From the IMG/VR virus record IMGVR_UViG_3300045911_000087, positions 1 through 56,011 of that record: 56,011 bases of DNA. One strand, given 5' to 3'. The notes below the pieces were generated by a model. It was not told the DNA's origin. It worked only from the letters and a program-made list of their open reading frames with translations, and searched no databases. The position numbers and the translations under genes are program-made. Shown here in pieces: positions 46,182 through 55,401 of the stretch (position 1 is the first letter of the stretch; each line of letters starts with the position of its first letter). Origin of the DNA: a virus. Its lineage: Duplodnaviria > Caudoviricetes.

Positions 46182-46847
46182 ATGACTTTGAAAAACAAAG
46201 ACGGCAGTGTTTATCGTTTGAAGGGACCAAATCCCCTGATGAAAGAACAAAAAATATGGGAGGAGTTTCGTGTCCACAATATGAAGTGGGGTAGCGAAAT
46301 CCTGCCCGATTCTTCGGAGCTTAATGCGATCAAAACGGACTTCCAAGTTCGTAACAGCTTTATTGACGAACTCGACCAAGCCGCAGCCGCAACTCCTAAA
46401 GAACCTGATATTAAAGTAGTAGAGACACCGACGATTTCTGAACCCAAAGTCATTTTGGAACCAAAATCCGAAATAACTGTGGTTGAAAATAAGATCGTTG
46501 AGCCTCCACGACCGGAAAATATCGACAATTCTATTCCAAAAATATTTATCCATTGTCTGCCTGCTTTTCTCGAAAACAAAATCGACAATGTTTATGGCGA
46601 CAACGTGCAAACTCTGAAATATAAATCCCCATTCTCTTTCGAGGGGGTAATTTTGGATCAATCTGATTTGACGTTCAAATTTTGGACTCAGGCAGATAAA
46701 TTAACCAATCAAATTCTTCAAGGCTCGATCATATACCCCAAAACCACACAAAAGAGATGGTGGAGAGTACAGGAGCGAGTCGAAAAGACTGGTGGTTGGA
46801 TTATTACATCTCACCCATCCGACTTTCAGCCTCACTTTGAGGCTTGA
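46182..46847 (+). CDS. Hypothetical protein, possible divergent neck-protein paralog
   Basis: N-terminal LKNKDGSVYRLKG resembles LRNQDGTPYTLAG of 41387-41926. Confidence 0.55.
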   Translation: MTLKNKDGSVYRLKGPNPLMKEQKIWEEFRVHNMKWGSEILPDSSELNAIKTDFQVRNSFIDELDQAAAATPKEPDIKVVETPTISEPKVILEPKSEITVVENKIVEPPRPENIDNSIPKIFIHCLPAFLENKIDNVYGDNVQTLKYKSPFSFEGVILDQSDLTFKFWTQADKLTNQILQGSIIYPKTTQKRWWRVQERVEKTGGWIITSHPSDFQPHFEA

Positions 46848-47122
46848 TCCGGGTGAACCACCGTGGCTTTAATGCCCATTTTCTCAAGTTGTTCTTTGTA
46901 ATCGCCTACAGCTTTGAGATAACCAATCTCGTATATCTCAATCGCCATTTGCAAAAAAGCCTGCACATCTTTATCAGTTAGTAGCGATACGCCAACCCTT
47001 TCTACAATATCTTGGTGTTTTGTGTACCGATCTTGTAAAAGTTGGAACATGCTTTTTTGCACATAATGAGCTTTCGGGTTACTGAGATAGCTCATCCACG
47101 GATTTAGGTCTGTTGTTGCCAT
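46832..47122 (-). CDS. Hypothetical protein
   Basis: 96-aa ORF coupled (TAATG) to the upstream gene. Confidence 0.6.
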   Translation of the reverse strand: MATTDLNPWMSYLSNPKAHYVQKSMFQLLQDRYTKHQDIVERVGVSLLTDKDVQAFLQMAIEIYEIGYLKAVGDYKEQLEKMGIKATVVHPDQASK

Positions 47123-50100
47123 TATAAACTCTTCATTTCTTGGTCTATGTTTAATAGAGCTTGTTGCACTTCATCTTGGTTGGCAGCATTACCGTGATCC
47201 CGCAAAATAGCCGCTCTCAGGTTTTCTAGCGATTCTTTTCTCAATCTTGTCAAGAATGTCTGGTGGAAAGCCAAAGCCAAGAAGTCTCGGTTATCTTTCA
47301 ACACTTTCCAGTCAGGTGTTTTGGCGGCTCTTTCTCTGGCCGATAATGTGCCCACGTCCCTAGCCGCCGCTGCCGCTGGAACTTGTGGGCGAATTGGGAT
47401 CGGCTGTTTTGGAGCTTGCTGTTGAGGACGTACCGGCGTCGGAGCGACCGCAGGCTTTTGTTCAGCCGGTTTTTCCATATCCAAGGCATCGTAAATAGCG
47501 TCTTGTACGCCAGCAGCAATTGCTTCCTCTTTGCCGGGGAAGTTGCTGGCAATCAACTTGGCCAATCGACTTACCTTCTCTCCACCTTGAGGCAATAAAG
47601 CTGTCCGCATTTGGTCGCTAGGAACAATCTTATCATTCTCATCGGTGTCGATATTGTTGAGGTAATCATCCCACAACTTGTCGATAGCAACATCCAAATC
47701 TTTGTCTTTGCCACCAGCTTGAGCTTGTTGTGGTTGTTGTTGAGCTTGCTGTCCGGCTCGCAATTCATCCGAGTCAGAGTATTTTCTTGTCAATGGGTGT
47801 TGTGCGAAGTTGGCCACCAATTGTGCAGACGTTTGTGCTTCCTTGGTAATTGCCGCCATGACTTCATTAGCTGCTTGTTCTACATCTGATGTATAACCAT
47901 CGACTTCAATCATCTTCTTAATCAATTCATAGATTTGTAGAGCTACAACCTTCTTGTCTTGAATAGATTTTGAAAGCAATGTAATGATTTCTTGGCCCAC
48001 ATCTTGACGGCTTCTTTCTTTTGCGACCTGAGCCTCAGCATCAGCACTTCCGGCTTCTTGTCTCAATTCGTCAAGCAAAGCACGCATTTGGCGTACATCG
48101 TAAGGGAATTTGTGTTGACCAGAAAGTTGTTTTCTATTTACTGTGTCTCCAAGTTCGTCACGATAGAAGCCTCTGTCTCTCAATTTTTGACTTACAATAT
48201 CTTGAGTTGTGGCCGAGCTTTCTTCGCCCGTCTCTGCACTCTTTGTGGCACGGTCCATTGAAGTTTGACGCAAGGTTGGATCGAGAATTCTCTTTCTACG
48301 AGTTCTGCCACCCTCGTGGTCTTGCTGCATAATCATGCTTGTTTGCGTTTTGGCAAATGTAGCACGCTTGCTTGGTTCCAACATATCTGGGTCATTTAGA
48401 TTCTGTTGCATTCTTTGAACAATGATTTGGTGAATTTCTTCGATGTTGTTCAAACCGATATTTCTTTCCCATACCGTGGCTTCACCGCAGTCGGCACCCT
48501 TCAAGCAGCTTCTGATGCCACGAATAATGTCGTCGTAGAATAAACCGCCTTCTCCCGTGCGGTCGAATCGTCCTTGACTGTCCAATTTGTTTATCTTCAT
48601 GGCAGTTGTTGGACGTGGACGATCATCTCCCGGCTCTGGGCCGAAGATTTGGAACATCTTATCGTGATAATCTTTGTGGCCGTATTCGAGTGGTTGAGCG
48701 CCTGATGTATTTTGATTTAGCGACAAAGCCCCCGCAGCATATACGCCTTTTCTGCGTGTTGCCCTTTGGATTGCCTCGTAATCATCTGGGTGAACGTCAA
48801 CATAATCTTTTTGATAACCTCTTCGTTCCTCATCTGGGATGGCAAGTTTTGGCTGACCAGTTCTGGGGTCAATGATGATTTTGCCCTCCTCGTCTGTTTC
48901 ATAGTCTTCGGGCAAAATGCCGATAGACCGGAAATATCCAGCCGGACGAACATATGGCATGTCGATTTTTGTTTTAATTTCTCTTCCGTCTTTATCGACC
49001 TCTATAATTTCCTTCTCAAAGTGTGGAAGGTGTACGGTTTGACGTTGATCGAAAGGAATACCTTTCCAATGTTGATGATGACCGGGAATTGGCGGGCCAG
49101 AAATACCACCATTTCGTTTGAGCCATTCAATGTCTTGTCGAGCGAGACGTACAGCCTCCGCACGTTTCTTATCATTAGATGGGAAACTACGGGGATTAAC
49201 TTCTTCGCCGCTGAGAGTTTTGAAAGGAGCGTTAGCCAAACCTAGAAGGGTATAGTATTTGGATTCTAGTGGGTTCTGATATTTTTCACGGATAAACGAG
49301 TCTTGTACATGCTCGCCACCGCCCTGTCGTCCGCCCTTTCCGGCTGCAACGGGCTGAAATCCCTTTACTCTAACCTTCTCGCCAGAAGGCAACTCGATTT
49401 CTTCTCCCGGTCGTGGCAAATCGCCATATATTCCGTGAGCATTTGTTGCAAGGAAATCCTTCATGCGATCCACAACTGTTTGGTGGGATGGCATTTGCAT
49501 ACCTTGGGTGCTGTGAGGAATATCGCTATCCCCAGCTTTCTTTTTTGGTCTTCCTTCTTTAACGCCGTGTAAATCGTATCCATATTGACCAGTTTCGTGT
49601 CCGTATTTTGACAGTCCGGTGTGTGGAGCGTGTTGGTGGCCTCTTGTTCTTTCCAATTTGTGGATTAAACGATTGATGAATGGGTGAGCTTTAATCCTTC
49701 GGACACCTTTGCCTTGCCCACGGAATTCATAAACTCTGGGTTCGTCATTGACAGTATCTGGCATCGCTTCTTCGACTGCATAGTAAGCAATATCTTTTGC
49801 AGCACCCGTAGCAGCTTTTTCTAGGTTTCCGCCTCTGTATCTTTCGGCCCATTCTGGGCCGTAGTTATTTTGGATTTGTCTCAAAGTGTGCGGGGGCACC
49901 ATATCTCTAAGCATGTCGAGGTTGCCCGACAGGAGAGCTTGTTTGATTTTCTGAACCAATTCCTCGTATTTTGGACCCCGTGCTTCCTCTCTGGCTCTCA
50001 AAGCAGCATATAAATCGTCGTGGTAGCGAGCGTGCAAAGCACGACCCCAAAGGTCTGGTGGGAACTGCTGTAAAAATTCAATGTCATCATTATCAATACG

Positions 50101-50262
50101 AATAGGATGCTTCGCTACGTCGCCTGTTGCACTGGCCGTAGGATCATTTGGGCTAAACGGTCTAGCCATCTCGAAGAGCTTAGGCATATATGCATTGACA
50201 TATCTCCTGTCTTCGGTAAAAAATTTGGTTTTGAAGAAATCTTTGAAGTTAACGGCTTTCAT
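47122..50262 (-). CDS. Large hypothetical protein, possible internal virion protein
   Basis: 1046 aa; MKAVNFKDFF...FFTE...LFE N-terminus; Q/P-rich linkers. Confidence 0.7.
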   Translation of the reverse strand: MKAVNFKDFFKTKFFTEDRRYVNAYMPKLFEMARPFSPNDPTASATGDVAKHPIRIDNDDIEFLQQFPPDLWGRALHARYHDDLYAALRAREEARGPKYEELVQKIKQALLSGNLDMLRDMVPPHTLRQIQNNYGPEWAERYRGGNLEKAATGAAKDIAYYAVEEAMPDTVNDEPRVYEFRGQGKGVRRIKAHPFINRLIHKLERTRGHQHAPHTGLSKYGHETGQYGYDLHGVKEGRPKKKAGDSDIPHSTQGMQMPSHQTVVDRMKDFLATNAHGIYGDLPRPGEEIELPSGEKVRVKGFQPVAAGKGGRQGGGEHVQDSFIREKYQNPLESKYYTLLGLANAPFKTLSGEEVNPRSFPSNDKKRAEAVRLARQDIEWLKRNGGISGPPIPGHHQHWKGIPFDQRQTVHLPHFEKEIIEVDKDGREIKTKIDMPYVRPAGYFRSIGILPEDYETDEEGKIIIDPRTGQPKLAIPDEERRGYQKDYVDVHPDDYEAIQRATRRKGVYAAGALSLNQNTSGAQPLEYGHKDYHDKMFQIFGPEPGDDRPRPTTAMKINKLDSQGRFDRTGEGGLFYDDIIRGIRSCLKGADCGEATVWERNIGLNNIEEIHQIIVQRMQQNLNDPDMLEPSKRATFAKTQTSMIMQQDHEGGRTRRKRILDPTLRQTSMDRATKSAETGEESSATTQDIVSQKLRDRGFYRDELGDTVNRKQLSGQHKFPYDVRQMRALLDELRQEAGSADAEAQVAKERSRQDVGQEIITLLSKSIQDKKVVALQIYELIKKMIEVDGYTSDVEQAANEVMAAITKEAQTSAQLVANFAQHPLTRKYSDSDELRAGQQAQQQPQQAQAGGKDKDLDVAIDKLWDDYLNNIDTDENDKIVPSDQMRTALLPQGGEKVSRLAKLIASNFPGKEEAIAAGVQDAIYDALDMEKPAEQKPAVAPTPVRPQQQAPKQPIPIRPQVPAAAAARDVGTLSARERAAKTPDWKVLKDNRDFLALAFHQTFLTRLRKESLENLRAAILRDHGNAANQDEVQQALLNIDQEMKSL

Positions 50263-50305
50263 TTAATTACAACCCCATTTCGTAATCCCGAAACTATATA
50301 TTAGC

Positions 50306-51178
50306 ATGAGCAGCAATATGTTATTTATTCCCCGACCCAGCAAAGAAGAGTACAGTGCTTACGCCAACTGTGCTTCTTGCAATGATTTAGGTGCAACCGA
50401 TCCCTTGGTAAAAATCGGTCCCAGACGTTCCAGACTCAAAGTTAGAGAACAAATTAAAGAATATGTTCTCACTATGCTGGGTGCCCCGGTAATTCAGTTA
50501 GAGCTAGACGAACAACAAGTTTACAATGCAATTGATTTTGCTCTTCAAATATTTGAAGACTATGCTCCTGCTGAATACTTCCAATATTACACCTTTTATG
50601 CTACGCCGGGGCAAAGCGTTTACGAATTGCCAGCCGACGTAGGATACGTTCGTAATATCTATTACAAAGAAACCGCTAATTATGCATTTTCTTCATCAGA
50701 TTTAGGTGGTGTAATCCCCCTCGAATACATGGGAGCGGGTGCTTATGGCAGTATTGCAGGCGGTATTAACCCTCAACAGCCTGTCTGGGGCAAGATGGGC
50801 GAATGGGTCTTGTACAAACAATATGAGGATATGTACAACCGAATTTCAGGTCAACAGGGTGGCTGGGAATGGCTTGGCGGATACAATCACGTCAAATTGT
50901 ATCCTACCCCTTATAGAAGTTTCCCGGTAATTGTTCGATATTTGCAACGCCGACCGGACTTTGCAATGGTCACTCAGGCCATGCAAGAAGGTGCTTTGGC
51001 ATTTGCCAAGATTATTCTCGGCAGAATTCGTTCTAAAATTCAGAACCCACCCGGTCCCAACGGTGGCATTCAGTTGGACGGCCAACAAATTCTTCAAGAA
51101 GGGCTGGAAGAGAAAAAAGAATGGGAAGAAAAGCTACTCAATAAATGGGGCGATTTGCTTGGTCCTTCTATGGGGTAA
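50306..51178 (+). CDS. Neck protein (gp13-like)
   Basis: LGAPVIQLELDEQQ, GRIRSK, PGP.GGIQLDG..I..EG.EE. Confidence 0.85.
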   Translation: MSSNMLFIPRPSKEEYSAYANCASCNDLGATDPLVKIGPRRSRLKVREQIKEYVLTMLGAPVIQLELDEQQVYNAIDFALQIFEDYAPAEYFQYYTFYATPGQSVYELPADVGYVRNIYYKETANYAFSSSDLGGVIPLEYMGAGAYGSIAGGINPQQPVWGKMGEWVLYKQYEDMYNRISGQQGGWEWLGGYNHVKLYPTPYRSFPVIVRYLQRRPDFAMVTQAMQEGALAFAKIILGRIRSKIQNPPGPNGGIQLDGQQILQEGLEEKKEWEEKLLNKWGDLLGPSMG

Positions 51179-51182
51179 AAAT

Positions 51183-51779
51183 ATGAAGTCATATAAAGAA
51201 TGGTATCAAGAAAAGAATATCGGTGATTCCGGCGAGCTTAAATTCCTCAGCAAAGATGAATTTACCAAGCTCGCCTTGGAGTATTTCGGTATTGTTCTTA
51301 AAGGTAATTTGAAAACCTATTTTGAACATCGTGAAAATATGCTTGTCGAAGCAGTTGAAACTTCTCGATACGGTATTGAAGTCAATTATCGCACCAAAAA
51401 AGACGAAGTTTTGGAAGGTTTCGCCAAGGTTGCTTTGGGGTATGTAAGTGCCGCTCTCAAAAATAATGGTTATCACACAAAACACGTTTTTACAGAAAAA
51501 CCTCTTCGTTTATTGGTTTCCACAAGAAATTGGGACGATGGCGAATGGGCTGGTGTTGTCACTTGGAATGCAGAACATGCCTGCTTTGTAATATCCAAGG
51601 GATTTTACAATCGTGAAAGAAAGACGGTTTCCATTCAGACAAATAAGAAATGTGACGCCGATAATGCAGCAGAAATAGCCAAGGAATTGAACAATATGAT
51701 GCATCACTTGAAGGATCAACCTGATCGTCATCAAGAGAAATTGAAACCAGTTCCGTTAAAGAGAGGGCCAAAGGGATGA
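51183..51779 (+). CDS. Hypothetical protein with capsid-targeting-like N-terminus
   Basis: MKSYKEWYQE start right after the neck gene stop. Confidence 0.65.
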   Translation: MKSYKEWYQEKNIGDSGELKFLSKDEFTKLALEYFGIVLKGNLKTYFEHRENMLVEAVETSRYGIEVNYRTKKDEVLEGFAKVALGYVSAALKNNGYHTKHVFTEKPLRLLVSTRNWDDGEWAGVVTWNAEHACFVISKGFYNRERKTVSIQTNKKCDADNAAEIAKELNNMMHHLKDQPDRHQEKLKPVPLKRGPKG

Positions 51780-52366
51780 TTTGTTGCCACTGCGGAGAAC
51801 CCAGCAACCAAGATATTTGTGATGGCTGCTTAGCGTGGGGCGTTACTCAAGAAGACGTATTCCCCACGTTCTCTGAACAATTTCACAGAATCGGAAAAGA
51901 CGGCAAGCGTTATTGGCATCAGTCCGGGGCCGGAATCCTTTTTACGGATGGACATTCTATTTTGTTGCTAAAGCGGAAAGAGCCGAGCGACAATGCAGGG
52001 ACGTGGGGAATTCCGGGTGGCGGCGCTAAAAAGGGCGAAAGCCCCATCGCTACGGCGTGGCGTGAAACCAAGGAAGAGTGCGGTGCTGGGCCTCAAGGCT
52101 ACCAAATCGAAAAGTTCCACGAAAAAGATGGCCACCACAACTTCCACGTCTTCATGTACAGGATTTCCAAGCCGTTCGAGTGCGAAATCAGTAAAGAACA
52201 TAGCGAGGCTAAGTGGATACCCATCAACGAGTTAAGCAAATACAAATTGCATCCTAAAATGGCCGAACACTGGCCGTCATACAAACGTGTGATAGATCGT
52301 AAAATCCCCAAGAACTCGTTCTCGGAGTGGTTGGCGAGCAAAAATGTGCTTGACAGCCAAAAGTAG
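51776..52366 (+). CDS. Nudix hydrolase
   Basis: WGIPGG..KKGES..ATAWRETKEECG Nudix box. Confidence 0.9.
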   Translation: MICCHCGEPSNQDICDGCLAWGVTQEDVFPTFSEQFHRIGKDGKRYWHQSGAGILFTDGHSILLLKRKEPSDNAGTWGIPGGGAKKGESPIATAWRETKEECGAGPQGYQIEKFHEKDGHHNFHVFMYRISKPFECEISKEHSEAKWIPINELSKYKLHPKMAEHWPSYKRVIDRKIPKNSFSEWLASKNVLDSQK

Positions 52367-52377
52367 AAGGGTACAAT
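52350..52377 (+). promoter_or_regulatory. Sigma70-like promoter
   Basis: TTGACA-16 nt-TACAAT upstream of ATG 52417. Confidence 0.55.
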
Positions 52378-52416
52378 CTGTTCTGTTGTAAAGCCGAAAT
52401 AATTTTGAGGCAAAAC

Positions 52417-52617
52417 ATGAACGCCACAGAATGCCAAAGAATTTGTGTTGATTGTAAAAATCTCGATGAATGCCCGCTGTTGAAAACGATCAAAAAACAC
52501 CCGAAAGGTATCAGCGGCAAAAAACTTGCAGAAGAAGTAAGTCTGCCTTTTGCTGAAGTGAATTTTCTTTTACTTCAGCTTTGCCTTATTTCTCAATTTG
52601 TTTTGAGGTCTTCTTGA
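52417..52617 (+). CDS. Small Cys-rich, wHTH-like protein
   Basis: CxxxCxxC...C then GISGKKLAEEVSLP; GAGG SD and promoter upstream. Confidence 0.45.
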   Translation: MNATECQRICVDCKNLDECPLLKTIKKHPKGISGKKLAEEVSLPFAEVNFLLLQLCLISQFVLRSS

Positions 52618-53410
52618 TAAGGCGTCGGACTATTTTCTTCTTGTTCTGATCGCTCTTAGATTGAATTAACTGCATTTTTTGTTCGCCCTTTTCTCGGCAT
52701 TTATCAAACAGCTTTTTTACTCCGTCCATGCCGTCTTTGGCATAGGCACTAGCCATTTGTTTGTATTTGTCGTTGAAGGGGATGCCGTTATCGGCCCGCC
52801 AAGTATTCTGGCCTAGATATTCATCATATAAGAAGGTCAGTTCTGAAAGCTGACTTCTTTCAATGGCCTCTTCTTGATGTTGCTCCCGCAGTTTGTAATC
52901 TGGCTTCTTGGGAACAACCAGAAATTGTCCGAATGGCTCGCCGTATCTAAAGATGTGCGTTTGACCTTCGAGCGGGCTTTTGAATACGATAAAGAAAAAT
53001 CTCGTCCACCATTGGGTTTGTATGTGCCCCGGTAGCATCAAGGGTACATCCCCTATTTCGTCAACGAAATATCTTGGGTGGGGTTCGAGTCGGATAACGT
53101 ATCCGTCTGGGACTTTAATATCCGTTCCACTTTGATAGCCGTAATGTCCACTTGCGAAACATTTGAATGGTAGGTCTGGATTTGAAAACTGTACTTTACC
53201 GTCCACTCTGGTAACTCTTTGTTCTTCTTCATATGGATACAAAAACTCTATTCCGTAAGTATTCCCTTCGACAAATGGCACGCAATGCCACGGTTGAGGC
53301 GGGCCTCCATCTCCGTGATAATTATTGATCCCCGCCCAACCGGGAATTTTAAGTTTGATTGGGCGGGGTGGTAACGCTTTGCCTAAGCGATATGCAATGT
53401 CTATAGTCAT
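52586..53410 (-). CDS. DUF6065-like protein, paralog B
   Basis: PPRPIKLKIPGWAG, PWHCVPFVEGNTYG, PGHIQTQWW. Confidence 0.55.
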   Translation of the reverse strand: MTIDIAYRLGKALPPRPIKLKIPGWAGINNYHGDGGPPQPWHCVPFVEGNTYGIEFLYPYEEEQRVTRVDGKVQFSNPDLPFKCFASGHYGYQSGTDIKVPDGYVIRLEPHPRYFVDEIGDVPLMLPGHIQTQWWTRFFFIVFKSPLEGQTHIFRYGEPFGQFLVVPKKPDYKLREQHQEEAIERSQLSELTFLYDEYLGQNTWRADNGIPFNDKYKQMASAYAKDGMDGVKKLFDKCREKGEQKMQLIQSKSDQNKKKIVRRLIKKTSKQIEK

Positions 53411-54108
53411 GGCCCCCAACCATTTGGTTCTTTGAAATCTTCTTTCTTAATCATAGGGCCGGGAGGCGAATTGTACCAGTCATAAGCAGGCCATTCTTGG
53501 TCAATATTTGCAGTTTGATAGTAATGCAGATATTCCTTGCTGTTTTTGACAGCTTGATTCAGCAATTTTTTCAAATCAGCGTGTTTTTCGCCTCTCAGAA
53601 GTCGTTGCTTCATGTATAGCCACATAGCCTCTCGTTCAAAATCTTCATTTTTGTAATCATTCAAATCTGCGTTATTTCTTTTTACTGCCTTTTCGTAAAA
53701 TTCTTTGGCAACATCTGGCACATCTAGTATTTTGCAGACGCTGCCAAGACGATCTATTTTTGCTTTTTCTAATTCATAACCTTTTGGGTATCTTAATTTT
53801 TCATCCAAAAACCAAATTGAAGGCATTCTTATTTCTGGGTCATCACTTGAAATGTTAAAATATGATCTGTAGATTCTTATCGACCGTACTCGTGTCTCTA
53901 AGTCTTCGCCATATATTCCAGCACAATACACACCTTGTAGAGCGGGCCAACCAATTTTTCTAAGATCGGAATCTGCCTTTTCTCGAATGCGCCAACTATC
54001 ATCACCAAGTTGTTTAATGAGTTGTTGTATTTCTTTTGTGGGTGGGGGCATATGAATAGTTTCATCGCCCAATAGACCAAGCCAAAGCAACAAAAATAGA
54101 GAGAACAT
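53407..54108 (-). CDS. Exported/membrane-anchored protein with a HEAT-like repeat
   Basis: Hydrophobic N-terminus; IQQLIKQLGDDSWRIREKA..DLRKIG. Confidence 0.6.
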   Translation of the reverse strand: MFSLFLLLWLGLLGDETIHMPPPTKEIQQLIKQLGDDSWRIREKADSDLRKIGWPALQGVYCAGIYGEDLETRVRSIRIYRSYFNISSDDPEIRMPSIWFLDEKLRYPKGYELEKAKIDRLGSVCKILDVPDVAKEFYEKAVKRNNADLNDYKNEDFEREAMWLYMKQRLLRGEKHADLKKLLNQAVKNSKEYLHYYQTANIDQEWPAYDWYNSPPGPMIKKEDFKEPNGWGP

Positions 54109-54669
54109 TTATTTGTCCAATTCTTTTTTTATCTCCTGAAAATCTTCCCATGCTTTGTCTTTTTCTGCCGGGTTTCTCAGAAGATACGCAGGATGGAAGG
54201 TTACACGAACTTTTGAACCATTGTGTTCGTACCAACTCCCCCGCAGATTATTTACAGAGGTTTTTACGCCCAAAAGATTTTGAGCGGCAGTCGCCCCAAG
54301 ACAAACAATGATCTTGGGAGAAATAACTTTAAGTTGTAAATCAAGAAAGGGGCGACAATTTCTTGATTCTTGCGGAGTTGGCACCCGGTTATATTCTGGT
54401 CTGCATTTAATGATATTGAGAATATAAACTTCGTCTCTATTCAATCCGCAATTATTCAGAAGGATATTTAGTAACTCTCCTGCTCTACCAACAAACGGTC
54501 TTCCTGTTTCGTCTTCCGTGCGACCGGGTGCCTCTCCACAAAACACAATCCTGCTTTCAGGATTGCCTTCGCCAAAAACTGTCCTCGTTCTACTGGACGC
54601 CAAATCTGGACATTTGGTACAGTTGCAAACCTTCTCGTTTAGCAACTGAAGCATTTTGGCTTTTTGCAC
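54109..54669 (-). CDS. udg: Uracil-DNA glycosylase, family 4
   Basis: CTKC, GEAPG, PFVGRAG, KCRP..NR, HPAYLLRNP. Confidence 0.92.
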   Translation of the reverse strand: MQKAKMLQLLNEKVCNCTKCPDLASSRTRTVFGEGNPESRIVFCGEAPGRTEDETGRPFVGRAGELLNILLNNCGLNRDEVYILNIIKCRPEYNRVPTPQESRNCRPFLDLQLKVISPKIIVCLGATAAQNLLGVKTSVNNLRGSWYEHNGSKVRVTFHPAYLLRNPAEKDKAWEDFQEIKKELDK

Positions 54670-54672
54670 GGG

Positions 54673-55401
54673 TTAATCCCTTTTTATTGTAGCAGCCTTG
54701 TTGCAAGCAGACAAATATCCGTCGATATTTTCTCCTGCATCCATCCACCAGCCATCGACCTTGTGAGCCGACAATTTTCCAATCTTCAAATAACGGTTGT
54801 TTACGTCTGTGATTTCAAGCTCGTTTCTCTTCGATGGAGATAGACTGCGAATGAAATCCCACACATTCTTATCATACATATAAAGTCCGGTTGCGATCAA
54901 GTTGGATTTCGGAGCCTTGGGTTTCTCTTCAATAGAAATGATTCTTCCCGTCTTGTCGAGTTCCACTACACCATAGTGCTGCGGATTTTCTACTTCGGAT
55001 AAGAATATCTTTGCTCCATCTGGATTTGCTTCAAATTCTTGAACTGCATCGCCAAAACCATTTTCAAAAATGTTGTCGGCTAGAATAACACAAATGGCTT
55101 CATTGTCGGCCCAATCTTCGGCCAATGACAAAGCATCAGCAATGCCTCTTGCTTCTTTTTGGTATGTATAGTGAAGGTGTTTTAGACCGAATTCTTCACC
55201 GTTACCAAGAATTCTCAAAAACTCACCAGCGGCATTACCTCCACAGACAAGGAGAATATCTTTAATGCCGCTACGGACCAAACTTTCGATTGGCCAGTAA
55301 ATCATTGGCTTGTTGTAAACTGGTAACAAACACTTATTTGTGACTTTTGTTAAAGGGTAAAGCCTCGTCCCCATTCCACCTGCAAGTATAACGCCTTTCA
55401 T
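54673..55401 (-). CDS. rmlA: Glucose-1-phosphate thymidylyltransferase-like nucleotidyltransferase
   Basis: GVILAGGMGTRLYPLT, EEKP, GLYMYD, RNELEITD, WMDAG. Confidence 0.88.
   Translation of the reverse strand: MKGVILAGGMGTRLYPLTKVTNKCLLPVYNKPMIYWPIESLVRSGIKDILLVCGGNAAGEFLRILGNGEEFGLKHLHYTYQKEARGIADALSLAEDWADNEAICVILADNIFENGFGDAVQEFEANPDGAKIFLSEVENPQHYGVVELDKTGRIISIEEKPKAPKSNLIATGLYMYDKNVWDFIRSLSPSKRNELEITDVNNRYLKIGKLSAHKVDGWWMDAGENIDGYLSACNKAATIKRD

Larger units (their letters stand above)
43520..46185 (+). pseudogene. Zinc-ribbon/HNH endonuclease gene split by IS element 2 (43520-43979 + 45878-46185)
   Basis: The joined halves give 768 nt in frame: ..RKRCYNLLHRSLKSFGK..WHLDHVFP..NLQP. Confidence 0.9.

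Noticed and set aside
50931-51182. ORF-track N-terminal extension of the 51183 gene
   Set aside because: It overlaps the neck gene out of frame; ATG 51183 follows the stop and carries the shared leader motif.
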